A stretch of DNA of 64,000 nt. It comes from Catajapyx aquilonaris. Its lineage: Eukaryota. A model generated the notes under the pieces. It had not been told where the DNA came from. It did not search any database and worked only from the letters and a program-made list of their open reading frames with translations. Position numbers and translations under genes: made by a program. This document shows positions 1-14,662 of this stretch, piece by piece (within the stretch, counting starts at the first letter, position 1; the number at the start of each line of letters is the position of its first letter). The stretch lies in contig JYFJ02000088.1 in assembly GCA_000934665.2 (NCBI GenBank), forward strand, positions 62,001-126,000, written 5' to 3'.

Positions 1-296
1 ATAGGACCTGCTATCAGGGCTAACCTGATTGAAGCAGAGAGGAGGCGGTTACTCATTGGCGTAAGTGCACCACATGAATTAATTAAGACAATTAATTGAT
101 AGAATCGTCGATGTTTCAGGCTCTGCAGGCGACTCATCAGATGCAAGAACAGATGGCTGCTAGAGATAAGGGCTTCAATGAGCCAGGAATGGATGCGAAC
201 ATGTTACGCTATGTGCGACGAAACCTTCGCGTACGTGACCTGCGCATGGCCGTGGAACCGCTCACCAAAAATACTCCTACTAGCACCAGCTTGTAG
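1..296 (+). CDS. 3' end of an unidentified protein-coding gene (partial exon 1-60, last exon 120-296)
   Basis: Open frame IGPAIRANLIEAERRRLLIG to a GTAAGT donor at 61, TTTCAG acceptor ending 119, in-frame continuation ALQATHQMQEQ...TSTSL* to TAG at 294-296. No family recognised. Confidence 0.55.
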
Positions 297-3200
297 ATCA
301 CTGACTTTCACGCCTTGATATGACCTTTAAAAAAGTGTAATATATGATTAGGAAAATACAAAAAAATATATATTGCACGGTGTTGCGTAGATTTAAAAAA
401 ATAGTAGCAGTGTTATCTAGAGATCCGGATGTAATCTGTCATATCTTGGGACTTTGCATGTGACTTCTCGACAAGGAAGATGTTTCTGGAAAGCCAAATG
501 CACTATGTCACCAACTGAGAGTGATGTCACAGTGCTATAGATTAGCCTACTACTGTATATCCTTCCTGTATTTAGCTAGCTTCAGAATAATTTATGTAGA
601 CAGGTCTGCTATAAACAGAGTACTGTACGTACGACGTACTTGATGACTCATTGGCGGTATATCTGTTGGCATTGGATTTTTTCCTTGCGTGTTTAATTTA
701 CGGATACGATTTTCACGCTACTGAGCATAATAATAAGGTAGGTCAGGCGTCGACAATTTGCAGCGTAGACAAGCTGCAAGTAATTAAGGCGAGCGACATG
801 AACAGCCTATAGCTTGTACAGTGTACATATAAAAATGAGAGTAAAATAACACGATGAATAATCGTTTCCGGAGATAATTTTCGCTTATTTTTAGAACATA
901 CTAATGATTTTTTGGGGGATATAGCATAAGGGAAATAAATCTTCCTGCAATATGATGATTTTGTTCAAATGAAACAATACGAACGACAAGAACAGTCTAT
1001 AATGACAACAGCATGTATTACTACTTCCACCAGAGAATCTCCCTGGTGTCGTAATGACAAATATTTTAATTACAATGTCACCAATGACAGTACAATTAAA
1101 TGCTTGTGATGGTTACATTCTTATCATAACGACTCGAGCAAGGTATATAGAGTTAGGGGGGAATAACCTTTCGAAAGGTTTTAGGGCTCCAGAATACGAT
1201 TTCTTTCACACAGTGTTATATTACGCTCATGAGAACTTTCGACAGGTTTTATAACTTAATACCAGGATGATTTTTTCCCGTAGCTTTATTGTATCGTCAC
1301 TAACAAACCAAGACATCTAATAAGACCTGTGTAAAACTAATGATATATCAGTTCCAACAAAATTATCCGGTATCCGGCATAACAATCTTCCAAATAATAC
1401 CGTTGGAACTGACCATCACCTATGTTACAATGAACTCGTTGAAGCTCCTGACCTTGTTCTGTACCATGTTTTTGTTCGAGACTGCAAAAAGGATATGGCA
1501 TAGCCATATCATATCCTTTTGTTTGTGGGGGTGCGCACACTAATGACCTCTTGTCCTTCATTAAACTACGGACTATTCATGCTTACGCTACTAATACATT
1601 CAAATGGCATGTTACGAGTGACAGAGGAAGTTAAGTAAATAACCTTCGGAATGTCAGCAATATTCTGAGTAATAGTAATATGCCTAGTCATACCTGAGCT
1701 ACCTCATGAGGGAAAATCCCTATGAATGTTATTACCATAATATTTCCAGCAAAAAACCTGTGACATCACGTAGGTCCAACACTAATAATATAGGGCTTAT
1801 AGGCTACTAAAAATACACATAATTATTTCTAAAAATACATATTATAGCCTAAATAGTTCGATATATCCCTAAATCTGAAAATATTATGCAAATATGCATA
1901 TGCTCCTAAATAAGCACTAGTATGTATAAAACTTGTCTTTCTGCATGTTTTCCTATGGTTGACATAGCAGCCCTGTATGTAACATGGGCACTGTCCTTGA
2001 CCTTTTAAGTGGGCAGGGGCGGATAGGGCAAGTACAAGAGAAGCCCCTCATCATAATCTTCAACACGCGAGAGACCATGAGGGGCTTTCCAGGTGGGCGG
2101 CTACCTTGGGGACAAGAGAGATCAGGTGGTAGGGGAATGGTCACCGCCTCCAAGGATGATGATGCTGACGCTACCTTGAGGCTTGCCATCGGATTTGGCT
2201 TGACTTTGACCGTCTGGGTGCGGTTTAGTCTCTCGGGGAATACCGACTTGACCACAACGGAACATTCCTAGCTCATCCTTGCATACGAGTCACTACAGAA
2301 GTGGACATACCCATCGGTGGTTACAAGGTGAAGCTTTCTATTACATTTTGGATGTATTGGATTAGGACTGGTTGCATCAGAATTTTATTCGTGCAATTGG
2401 TGGAACAGTTTGAAAAGTGTAACCATTTTGGCTACAGAAAAAAATTGCGGCTGGAAAAGGGTTAATTGTTGGTAAAAATTATGTCTTCTGTGGTGCAGTC
2501 GGGCCACTACAATATATTACTTGGTTATTTTGCGGTAAAGCAACACTTTTGCTTCAAGTATTGTTATTGCTTAGCCTTCTTTTCAACAAAATACACTAAA
2601 ACTTGTCATAAGTTGGCCACATCCCTATATGTTGGACATCATTTTTGGAATCATTATAAAACCATATCCCATGCAATGTTGCTCAGTTGGACACCTGTTT
2701 ATCTAGGAAGTTGGACACATTTACCCCTCTTAAGTTGGACAAGTGCTTCAGTTGACCTTAGCCAAAAAACATTTCAAATGTATAATACAATACCAAATAG
2801 TGGATTATCATAATTAGCGACTATCGAAGATCATCTGAAAGATATGTTATTGTTACCAGGTGTTTGATTGCATTGAATTTATAATGTATAATCTTCCCAG
2901 GCCTGTCATATTGCATATTATGAACGTAATTTTCCGCCAGTTCCATTGTGTCCATGACTGAAAGCCAAGAACGCATGATGAACACTGCCCTATCCCAACA
3001 GAAGGACTTTTTTTGAAAAGTGAGAAGGGAAATGTCCAGAACGTGGGAGTTTAAAAAAGGAGAGAAAAAACATTGATTTAGAAACAAGATAGGTTTTTTT
3101 TTGTATAAAAAGGATTTTACGTGTGTGAAGAGATGGCCTTTTTCAAAGGATTCAACTGAGGTATAAGCGCCAGTATAATGCTATAGAGAGAGAGTAAATA

Positions 3201-4280
3201 GTAATTACATCATTCTAGTATCTGATTTATCCCCTCTTCCCGTCCAACGTAAGTGCTACTTATTGAATTACGTGGTATTTTTCTCCCGTGACTCTGTCGT
3301 GGGAAGTACCGTGACTTTATGGATTTAATAATGTGCATTCTATTTCGTAACCATGCCGATTAGAGCTTATTAAGTGATCATGAGTTGGCAATAGCAAAGT
3401 TTTTCCGCGATTAATTTTTAAACTTACGTAAAAAAATATACATACAACACGACAAGCGATTAACATGCATAATGTGGAATCCAAGTTTCTTCTAGATAAT
3501 TTTCCATGATATAGCACAAATTTGCAACGAACAATAATGCGCAACGAATGATGTAAAAGTCATTTTTTTCAGAAAAGAATTAATATAGCACGTTAATATT
3601 GACGTACATTGTTTTTAATAACTATGCTTCATCGTATTGCATGTCATATTTTTTCTCTCAAAGTCAGGAAAAAATCTCACGAGGCGCCCTACTCACTGAG
3701 GGGTTACGGTCAAGGCCTACTCCTTTTTGAATGGTCACACGTGGCATTCAAATTCCTAAGAGAAAACGATCTACACTACTTGTTCCATGGGAAAGTTTCA
3801 CATCCAGTATTTTGTGTGACATTACATTCGACCAACATCATAGATTGGAAAACAAGTCTCTTTCCACGCAACATATATTACAAAACATGAAACATGGACA
3901 GTCTAAGCAAAAGTGTTTATAATTTTTTAAAGCTATTGCATATACACCTATGTGTACAAATGAACGTTCTTTTAATAGCAGTATGAGTCCACTTTCATAG
4001 AAAGGAGGAAATAGCCTTCCATCCTATGCCCCAGGTGAGAGAAATGACAGGTGTGACCCACTAGTTCTTTGCACGACCAGAATCCATAACATTGGCGCCT
4101 CCAACGCGGATGTTGGGAGAGCTGTACGTGCGCATCGGAGACCAGAAAAGCCTGTGTCCCACATCCACTTTCTCTGATGGTAATAGCCTTCAGCTACCTA
4201 AGAGAGGGGGACCTTTTGCAGGACAAATACGAGGGGACAAAAAAACATGCAGGTGTTGATGGGGAAAAACAGCTTCTTGG

Positions 4281-4546
4281 TATAGTGCTGGACATTAATT
4301 CCATCATACTTCTAGCGACATTTTCCGATGCGGAAGACGTGCAAATTGAAGTGCGAGCCGTGCCAGTAAGAAATGGTAGCCCTTGGGTGACGTCACTGGC
4401 TGGGAACAAGCCTTTTCTCCATTGCCCCCCAGCCTGTGACGTCACTCAATGCCTACCTCTTCTTACTCGCACGGCTCACACTCTATCACTTCGCCGCATC
4501 AGAAAATGTCGCTAGTTGCATGACGCGATTAATGTCCAACACGGTA
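4281..4546. mobile_element. MITE family A, copy 1 (long imperfect terminal inverted repeats, TA-flanked, Tc1/mariner-like ends)
   Basis: Left end TATAGTGCTGGACATTAAT pairs with right end ATTAATGTCCAACACGGTA; inner arms GCGACATTTT..GATGCGG / CCGCATC..AAAATGTCGC and GAGCCGTGCCAGTAAGA / TCTTACTCGCACGGCTC; second copy at 8798-9044. Confidence 0.85.
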
Positions 4547-7500
4547 CAATTTGCACAATTTATTGAATGAAATTGCACGTTTTTCTAAGAGTAGTGAATG
4601 TGGAATATGCAACAAATACAGGTGTATGTCAAGTGCCTTCCAAGGTGCAGTGTAGGAAGTAGCTTTGGTCATGTAGCACAAGGATATTCCGGGAGGCCAC
4701 ATTATGACACAACTACGTCACTTACCTCCCGGTTAAATTGCAGCTATTTGAACAAACTCGTTTATCATTGCACTTACTCGAGCTGTTCAAAATGAACCAT
4801 TGACCTCCATAACTAAAAGTGTTACATCTCTGCAACAAAGGTCGTTATCAGTACGGACCTTCCTTCCAACGGTACAGTACATCTCGATTCGTCGCACATT
4901 CCATGTAGTACAATCTAATGCATGAGTACGCAGATAATGTTGACAGTACAGTTATGTAGTGTTATTGCATATCTGAAGGGTGAAAGTTGCTTTCATCTGC
5001 CAGCAGATGCAATTGACCAAATGCGATGCAGGGCAGTATAATATGTGAAATATAATAAATATTTGACATAATTATGCCTGCCAAAAATTATTCGTAACAT
5101 AAATGTGTGGGTGAAAATAATTACTCGTGATTGCGCACTGCCAAAAGAAAAAGCTGAAGAAATGAAAACCAGGTGACCTTCACGGTTCAAGTAAAAGTGA
5201 GTGAACTTCACCGTGACCTAATTTCCGATTCCAAGTACCGTAGAGTAAAAAAGCATGTCCCTACGTGACAGGAAGGGTTCATTCCTTGATTCTACAGACC
5301 ACAATATGTGCTAGTCTGCTTGGACAATCACACCCCGGAGGCCATCACCTTGAATGTACAGTATCCGTGTGTATGTCTTAAAGTTGGTTAACACCAACAT
5401 GTTATTTAAAGATTTCTCACCCACACATGCTAATAGGTCTATACAAATATGCTGCGTAGACAGTTCACTTCGTCATTGCTACTCAGGTTAGCCACACCTT
5501 TAATGCAAGCTTACCTGGTAATGTAATGTAACCCTATGCATAATCAGTGTGCATCATGCGATGCATCATGGGAATATCAGCTATCACGATAGTTTTTAGT
5601 TCCTCGAGAAAGCTTCATTATGAGGCTATTATCTTCATGATTCACGTGCTTCTCTTTGTTATTACATGAATAGCCATCAGTCACTCTACGTATTGGGTTT
5701 ACCTCATAGACTGAGTCTCAGGTACTTTATACGCCCTTGAGGATGATATGCCTGTCAATGTGTGCATGCAATTATCTGTAGTGAAAGGACAACCTTGTTT
5801 CATTTACCTCCAACGTTTAAGCACTTTTTTGCACACAGGATTTATCTATGAATTGTTTGTGTACAATGGCTGCCCCTTTCGTCTCATTATATTTCGTAGA
5901 AGAGCTATATTTCACTTAAGAAGCTATCCGCACAGGGCGTAGCATAAACTTAATGAAAGCCGCATACATTTGCTTCCTGTCCTCAGCACACGTCTTTTTT
6001 GTATTATTCTCCTAAGGTTTTTCTAGTTACGTAACACTAATCACGCACCTTTCAAAGTCACAGACCTTACCTTCAAAAGATTCACCTTGAATTTTTTCGC
6101 AGCATGGTATTATGTATACCACATTGCATTTTATTCAGATATAGTAATACATGCTCACACAATTGGTTTATCCTGTGACGTTTCCGCGTATTAGTCAGTT
6201 GAATTTGCACACTGGAAAATCTACATAAGAAACCTGAAGGTGTTTTTTTTTTTCTTCCGAATAATGAATTCAAAGTTTGTAAGGGCTAACTATAGAACAG
6301 AAACTACGGTACTTATTCAGCCCACGACTTTTCTGTGTCACAGAAGAATCAACAATAAGGCTAAATTATCTAATAATTTCACTTGAGAACACATTGCGCA
6401 TCGTATGTAGCTATCAAATGCATCACTACAGGTTATTGAGATCATGAGGCATGCACTGGCCTTGTTAAGCAATCGAATTAGTCGAGATAAAAACTACTGG
6501 GGAAAACCCTTATTAGAACGCAATTCTATGGTTTTCCTTCCTGTGGGCTAACTGACCTTGGCAATGAACAATTATATAAATCGATGTAGCTGTTGCCGTA
6601 TAGCTACACCATCCATGAGTACACATGTATGAAGCATGAATGTGACAGTTACAAATTGGTCAAATATAGAAGCTTAATTACACATGAGGCATATGAGATG
6701 AATGTTTTGAATTTACGCACTGCGAACAGTACAGTATATATAGTGACAATTATTGAGTCTTATATAACCATGCAAAAATTGTTAATAACTGCATCAAGGT
6801 GATTTTTCAACCATGACCTGCCGCATCACCATATCGGTTAAGTGAGAGACTTCTATTACTCACGCCTAATACGTATGTAACACTACTGTAATTACCAACA
6901 TCAAATAAAAGACAATAAAAATAAAAATAAAATTTAAATGATACATCGCGGTTACCCAAAGCTTCTCAATGTTCTATTCTTTTGAAGCAATTTTAAATTT
7001 AAATATTCTCAAATGGCCACACCCTAAAAATAATAGCATCCTGCTTTTAGGACCAAGAATGGAATGGCTTCCAAACAAGTTAGACAGGAACTGGGGAATT
7101 TGCTTGGGGTTATCTACCTTCTTTGTTGCTATGTAGAGAAGAGACCAAGGTATGCAAAAATGTAGTACTGTCTACTAAAACAGACTCCAGGTCAAATCAA
7201 CTATTGAGGAAGAATATAAATAAATGGCTCATGTCTTCGGTTAGCGAGAAAGCAAACTACATAAGAAATAAATTGTGTTATATAAACAGGTTATTGATGA
7301 CAGCGGTGTTACTCTCTGCAAGGTGAGCATGACAAGAAGTACGAAAGTACACTCTTAGTGTGAGCATCAACACGTGATGTCCTTGGTATGGGTTGGAATG
7401 TCGATTCACTGGAATAATTGCGCAATGCGCATCCTCATGAAGAACCCCTTCCAGGTTACACTGATTACGGATTAACTGACCTTCACACAAATTAAGTAGT

Positions 7501-7653
7501 TAACAGCAATGTAATGAGGATGAAGGAATAGGAAACTGTAAAAATGCTTACTTGTGTAGTAATGGGCTGGCACATATCAACAATGCAGACAGCGTTTTCT
7601 CATGAAAAGTTTGTCACTAATCACTTAATTATAAATGAATATTGTCTTTTCAG

Positions 7654-9447
7654 ATGTCCGTCACTAGGACAAAGGAACAACTCGAGGCACACACCACAAC
7701 ATTAAACAGGCATGTAAAATAATTACATATCTGTCACGAAATTCTAACCAATAATTTTGATATTTTTTAAAACCATCACAGACCCCGCAGATCTTCATCA
7801 AATGGACTCCTCAAATACACGGGCGTCCTGAACGAAAACGACGAGAACATAGACCCTTCGACGGTAATAGCAAGAAAAGAAGAGTCTTCCAAAGATGTCA
7901 AAGCCGAGCTAGTATGGCCAAACGTGACTGTGTTTGCAGTGTTTCACATATGCGCCATATGGGGGATGTTCGTTCTCTTCACTGGTCAGGTGGCCTTCAG
8001 GTCCTTCGCCATTAGTAAGTAATATCAGCACAAAGTTCAAAAATTTTTACAATCAATTTAATTACTCAAAAGCCATCATCGTACTCAATAACAATGATTT
8101 TGCTTCCAGTTTTTATGTACAGTATAATGTGCAGTATGGGGATCACTGCTGGTGCACATAGGTTATGGGCTCATCGTGCATATAAAGCCAGACTTCCTCT
8201 CAAAATAATTTTGATAATTCTCCAAACACTATCTGTCCAGGTAATATCCTAATATATTCGTAATTTTTCTGAGTTCATATTAGTGATATACCTATTTACA
8301 TATTAATTTCTCTACCATTTCAGAATTCTATATATGAGTGGGTTCGCGATCACCGAGCTCATCATAAATTTACTGAGACAAACGCAGATCCTCACAACAT
8401 CAAGCGAGGATTCTTTTTCGCTCATGTGGGCTGGTTACTTTCCAAGAAACATGATGACGTCAAAGTCAAAGGCAAGGTTGTGGATCTCAGCGATTTGGAA
8501 AAGGACCCGTTGATTATGTGGCAACACAGGTGAGTCTTCAACTTTATAACATGCAGTATTGTATTATTATATTTTGATATTGACGTAATGTAATTTTCCA
8601 GGTACTATCCACAACTGGCGTTTCTGGCCCTCTTCGTGATTCCAACAATCGTGTTCAGTCTGACAACAAACGACACCTGGTTTAGGATTCTGGTAGGAGG
8701 TGGCATTGCCAGGTACACCATAACACTCAATCTGGCCTGGTTGGTCAACAGCTACGCTCATGTTTACGGGAATAAGCCATATGACAAGTACGTATGCCAT
8801 TAATTCCGTCATACTGCTAGCGACATTTTCCAATGCGGCAGACGTGAAAATCGAAGTGATAGAGTGCGACCCGTGCGAGTAAGAAATGGTAGCCTTTGGG
8901 TGACGTCACTGGCTGGGGACAAGCCATGGTGATGTCACTCAAGGCCTACCTCTTCTTACTCGCACGGCTCACACTTCGATGTACACTTCCGCCGCATCGA
9001 AAAATGTCGCAAACAGTATGACGCGATTAATGTCCAACACTGTACTGTACCTAACAGTGTGAAGCATCTCTAACCTAGCTCGTCACATTCCCAGAGGCAA
9101 CAATAAACTCATTGTCATCATTTTCTAGGTTTATTGAAGCAACGGACACGATTTTCGTAGCCATTGCAGCTATGGGCGAAGGATGGCATAACTACCATCA
9201 CGTGTTTCCTTGGGATTACAAGACGTCAGAGCTGGGATTTTATAGGCTCAATTTTACGACAGCTTTTATTGACTTCTTTGCCGCAATTGGTTGGGCGTAT
9301 GACCTCAAGACTGTGCCAAAGGAAGTCATAAAGAACCGTGCTATAAGGACTGGAGATGGGTCCCATCTGGTCTGGGGCTGGGGAGACAAGGACATCCCTA
9401 AGGAACACATAGAAATTACAAAGAGGATTAAAAAAGCTGGAGAGTAA
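7654..9447 (+). CDS. Acyl-CoA desaturase (first/Delta-9 family), paralogue 1
   Basis: Exons 7654-7709, 7782(or 7791)-8014, 8110-8240, 8324-8529, 8602-8787, 9129-9447 join in frame. His boxes HRLWAH, HRAHH, HNYHH; WLVNSYAH; C-terminal RTGDGSH..WGWGDKD. First coding intron needs a GC donor. Confidence 0.95.
8798..9044. mobile_element. MITE family A, copy 2 (left tip missing), in last intron of desaturase 1
   Basis: Colinear similarity to 4281-4546 (CTAGCGACATTTTCC, GTAAGAAATGGTAGCC, GGGTGACGTCACTGGCTGGG, TGACGCGATTAATGTCCAACAC); right end CAACACTGTA intact. Confidence 0.85.
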
Positions 9448-12400
9448 GTGGTACGAATCATTGTACAAATTTAACGTTATATGTATATGGTTATTATATT
9501 ATTAAAAACTCAATGCTCATCATTCAGACGTTATTAGTTTTCTGATTCTCAGTTGATTTATAGCCACACAGTATTAAAATATTTTTTACCTAGGTGTAGT
9601 GTAATAACTTTAAGTACTCTATTGTTTCTGTGTACCCTGCTACGCTCACAATAGTTTACCACTTATGAGAATGGGACGAAGTTTTCGGTTCAACTGTAGA
9701 AATTTGTTCAGTATAATAAAATGCTGTAAACTTTTTCCAGTCCTCAGCATCCAACGTTCTGATAATTTCAAGTAGCTTCTCTTTTATACCTTTAACGCTT
9801 TAACGCTAGATGTCTCTTCAAATACGTTACAAGCCATGCTGCTCCAAGCACGTGTATTCCAGCGCCCTCTGTAGCTTTTACCTGGTATTATTAACTAAAA
9901 CCTGCGGAAACATTTCCGAATAGTCCGCGTCAGTTATTTTATGAGCGTGTCTTCTAATTACTTCATAAAATGACTCTTCTTCTCGTAATTTCTAGCCGTG
10001 TCGTAACGTTCATCTACAGTGTAAGCGACTTTTATACATTCAGCGAATTTCCTGCTGGACGTATGAAAATATATTATACAACTTATATGGCATGTTGCAG
10101 TCACTTTTCTAAACTAGTTTTTAAAATCCTTTGCAATTCCGCTCCTCGATTGTGTAGCAATTATATAAGTGTACTCACCATTACATTTCTCTAATGAAGG
10201 ATAGCTAGTGATGAACCATGATCCCTCGAAAAGTGACGTATGCAAGCCATATAATACAGGGCGTCACATGCACAATAAAACAGTCTCTGATATATAATAA
10301 TATATTAATTTGCACTTAATATATCATTAATATATCACTTTAAACTGTACAATTTGTATACCCATTTTGCATATATGCGTTACGTTCAATTCATCTCGCA
10401 ATTAAAATTCAGGCTACAATCACGATTGCATAATGGCAACTTGCCATACCAGTTCGAGAAAGTTTTAAGGACTGTTAACAAATTCGCAATTGAGGACCAG
10501 TAAACAAGGTAAGTGGGAGAGTGTCTTTTCTTAGTATGTTCACATAATAATTAATATATTTAGTGAACATGAATGCTCACTGCACACTTTCTTAATAATA
10601 TGGTACTTTTTCCGCGCATTAAAATGCACCTTATGTTTTGAGTGACATATATTGTTCGATTGGCTATATGAAACACAATATATTCTTATAGACTTTCCCG
10701 ACTGTCGATGTGCTGTAACGTATATATAACCTGTTGCAATAAATTATACGTTACGTCAGTTGGAAGTAAACATATTTTTATACGAATGTACGTATTTCAA
10801 GCGGATATCCTCAAATTGAGAAGAAAACGACTGAAGACAGCATGAAGCTTACTTGAATATTTTTGTTGGCTCCTCCTTCCATACTCTGCCATTCTGTCTT
10901 CTAGTAGAGTACTATATTCATCATTAAATAACACGCATACTCTTGCATCAAATTGCAATCACAGCACGCCATTTTAAAATGTGAGAAGTCCGTCAAGGTC
11001 ACCATTTACGCATGTAACATATTTTTTCAGTTAAAAATTCAGAATTTAGTCTTGAATTGTGTTCTCCAACCTTGTGTACTTTTGGGTCTGATTTTAATAA
11101 TACAAGTACCGTACCTATGGAAATTGAAGAATCCTGGGAAAACCCACGCGAGCACTGAGAGAATCTGGGAGACTGCACTAAAAAGCAAGACAGATACAAC
11201 AATGCATTGTAACATGGTGTTAAGACAATGCGATTGGGAAACACGCAGTATATATTGGCCTCCATGCAAACACATGGCCTCTATGTAGTGGAGGTCAGCA
11301 ATGCTGGTTTTTCTTCTTATCTACTAGTATTCGTGTAGATGTGGCGCAATCTCATTCACGAATCTCACTTCTTACCATCAATTAAATAAAAAAATTACTG
11401 TGCCAGCAGCAAGCGAATTTCCATGCCAGTCCTTTGTTAGCATATTCTCATATGTTGGAGCACTCATTTATTGCATCTTATATGAATAGAGTAATGCCTT
11501 TTTTTTGATCTTCCGGTTGCCGATTAGCATTACAGGTGGCCATTGCTATAATCTGTAGCCTTCTATGTATAGGCTACTGGTAGTCCTCCACATCAAGGCC
11601 GTTGTCGCAATAGAAGCAGAAATCTCGTTTTTTTTTGAGAAAAAAATATAAAGTTTCTCACGAAATGGGGGTTGGTTAAAATTTCTGAAGGTACCCATGT
11701 AGCCTACAAGAGGAATAATTTGCTAACTTGTGTGTCACGCGAAGGTCATTATGGTCACATGCAGCGTGTTAAAATAGTATCAGATATTATCATTTTTTTG
11801 TGTGTGCTAGTACTTGAACTCTTGTCGATAATGATGTGCAAAATTACAACAATGGAGTTATTTTTGCGAAATGCAGATTATGTTAGTCACTTAAGAATGT
11901 GCAAGAAGAGTGCTGACGTATGAAGCCAGAATAATTATGATATTTATGAAGAAAAACCACTTAGATCTGGTTGCATGATTAATTGTAAACTCAGCAAATG
12001 TAATAATTATTATCCATTTTGTTTGCTTAGAGTTAATCACTTGTTTTTCTGAATTCAGTACCGACCATGCAACCGACTATGGATAATCTCAACTTGTAGA
12101 TTAATATCAAGAATTATTATTAGGTTTTTACCTAATGCGCAAGAGTAGATTACGTACCCTGTGACAACACAGTAATTGCATCCTTATTCGCGGGAAGCAA
12201 TTACAGTAACAGTTATTCTACGAGTCATGCGGAAATATTCACTTATTATTATGCAGTTTTGAAGGCAATTATATAATCCACGATTATTTTGATATCCGAT
12301 GTTACTACCACCCTGATATTCAACGATAGATTTTAAAGACAAAATGACGAAGGACACATTTTCGCAATTACAACATCTCCGACCCTGATTTTACATTACA

Positions 12401-14393
12401 ATTACTGTAATTACAGAAATAACTATATATGGAAGCTACATGCAACACTTTTATGTAACCGGTAACCCTCAGCACCATGATGCCAATAGCAAATCCTCCA
12501 CAGATGCAAATCAAACCTTGTCTTGTTCGATTTTGAAGAGAAACCTTATTCGTACCTTTGTACCTTTCCCTTATTCGATGCGTGCTTTGACGTCACGTCT
12601 GGTCTTAAAGAGAGCTACTCCCCTGAGTTGTTTTGTTCATCTTGAGTTCGGCCACCGAGGAAGGCGGATGCTTGTGGTCCATATCGCTTGAAGAGATTGG
12701 AGTCTACAGGGTGATTTACTTCATTTGGTGCAATTGTTGGGATTATTGTTCAGGAGAGTCAGGAACTAGATGACAGTGTTCACGTAATTTTTTCCAAGGT
12801 AAGGGCACTGTGTGTACGTGTTATGGTGTTATGTACTAAACTACACTATAATAATTGCCTGGTGATGTAGTTGATAAATTCATGTTAATGTTAGCGCAAA
12901 TATAGATTATGTCATTTATTTAGCAAGTACCATTACATTAATCGTAAAAGTAGCGGCATTGATTGACAAACCTGTTTGTAACTCCCACGTATTGTAGTAA
13001 CAAAAAATGGTTATATTTTCATCTTTCCAGTAGCTACTTGTATAAAGCAACTGGTCAGCCTATACGCCATATACTCGAAATCATAAAATTACCGGTGTAA
13101 TTAATTTTAAAAAATGAATTGCATAATGCTCGAACATATGCATTGCAGCTAAAAATTCATTTTGATGTAAATGGGACAGACGGACAGTACACAAAAAATT
13201 GACTTGGCCGATGATATAACTCACGATAACAAAATAAAATTCCACTTGTTCTACGACATTTTTTTTCTTCAAATGAATATATTTCCATACAGTCAGCAAC
13301 AGGTTTACGACAGACCGTGTGACTAGTTAGAGTAAAAGTGGTGCATGTACAGTGCGTTGTCGGTCAGGTCACATGGTCGTGATTTCATGAACTAGCCCAT
13401 CGCAATTGACAGCTACAAGTAAAAGCAGTTATATCACCTGATAAATGGGGCCAACAGGTCATCCAATCAAATCGTTCAGAAATTCACTTACAGGTTATAA
13501 TTATATCGCTGACAAAAATATAATCACTGTAATAAAGCACTTCAATTTGACTTTTCTTAAAACAGCTTTAGGTATATGCTGTACTTACTTTATATGATTT
13601 TCGTGACAATAGATATGTCAATTCGCTACTGCGCATGACTTGTATTATTATTATTGCGTATTTAGGTACGATGCCTTTTATTTACATTTAAGATATTGTT
13701 TTTGTTTACTGACATATCTCCACAATTTTTGAGGGCAAGTTAGACATGTGCGCATGACTGGACCGGTTCTTGGTCTCACTTAGATTATACCTCGCTGGTA
13801 ACCGAAAAGTCACTTGAGGAGTGAATGGACTAGACAAGAATCCGGTTGGCTTACTTTCGGTGGGTCGTAACGAAACACTCGTACTCACGAGGTTGACTTT
13901 CCAAGAGGCGCACCTTTCCCAAGAAATGAGCAATATGTTTTTGTTGTGGATTACTTCCATTTGTCCTTTCAGTACACCTACTGTTGTGATGCCAGTATTT
14001 TCACAGAAGGCAAAAAAATTAATTTTAATTAAACAAATTATTGTAACTTTCATCGTGTGACAGTAATACAATAATATTGAACACTAAAATTAAGGACGGG
14101 TCAAGTAGTAAACCCTTTAGCACACATAGTCAGAGGGGTAAAATTGTGTGCTTTTTTTTTAAAAAAAAAGTCAACTACCGCGAAACCGGTTTGAAGATAG
14201 GTCGATCACCCCTTGCTTTACTCACTAACTTGCATTATTTTTACATAATATTGTAGTAGTCAGATGAGTCGTTGCCTAACAACGAGTTTGCAAAGGGCAA
14301 TGGGACTTTTGAGCAACTCATATGCCACCTTTTTATTACAGTAAGTTAACTAAAAATTGAATTGATAAAAAATTTGATTGTAACAATAATATA

Positions 14394-14662
14394 TATATTT
14401 ATTTTATTTATCATACCCCAGGCTAGAGCCTTTGGCTCACTAAGGGGGGTGGATTACCACCATTGGATGGGAGAAGGGATAGGGATGGAAGGAAGCGGCT
14501 GTTGCCTATTTTTACGGAAACGACCCCGGAATTGTCCTGGAGGGGACCATAGAAAACCACAGAAAACCATGGTCCGGGTCGCCGCGCCGGCCCCGGGATT
14601 CGAACCCAGGACCTCCCGATCAGCAGGCGGATTCCTTATCCCCTACACCAACCTCCTTCGGT
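14394..14662 (-). mobile_element. tRNA-derived SINE with target-site duplication
   Basis: Minus strand starts ACCGAAGGAGGTTGGTGTAGGGGATAAG (A box) ... GGGTTCGAATCCCGG (B box), ends in an A-rich tail; flanked by direct repeat GTAACAATAATATA at 14380-14393 and 14663-14676. Confidence 0.9.

Noticed and set aside
1953..2330. GC-richer segment with ORFs on both strands
   Set aside because: No recognisable domain or splice structure; possibly a decayed TE fragment but not supportable.
7654..9447. Desaturase 1 as a pseudogene (no in-frame GT donor after exon 1)
   Set aside because: A GC donor at the position homologous to copy 2 restores the frame, and all other exons are intact.
14585..14662. tRNA gene on the minus strand
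   Set aside because: A/B boxes are the head of a SINE with body, tail and TSD; the acceptor stem does not pair convincingly.
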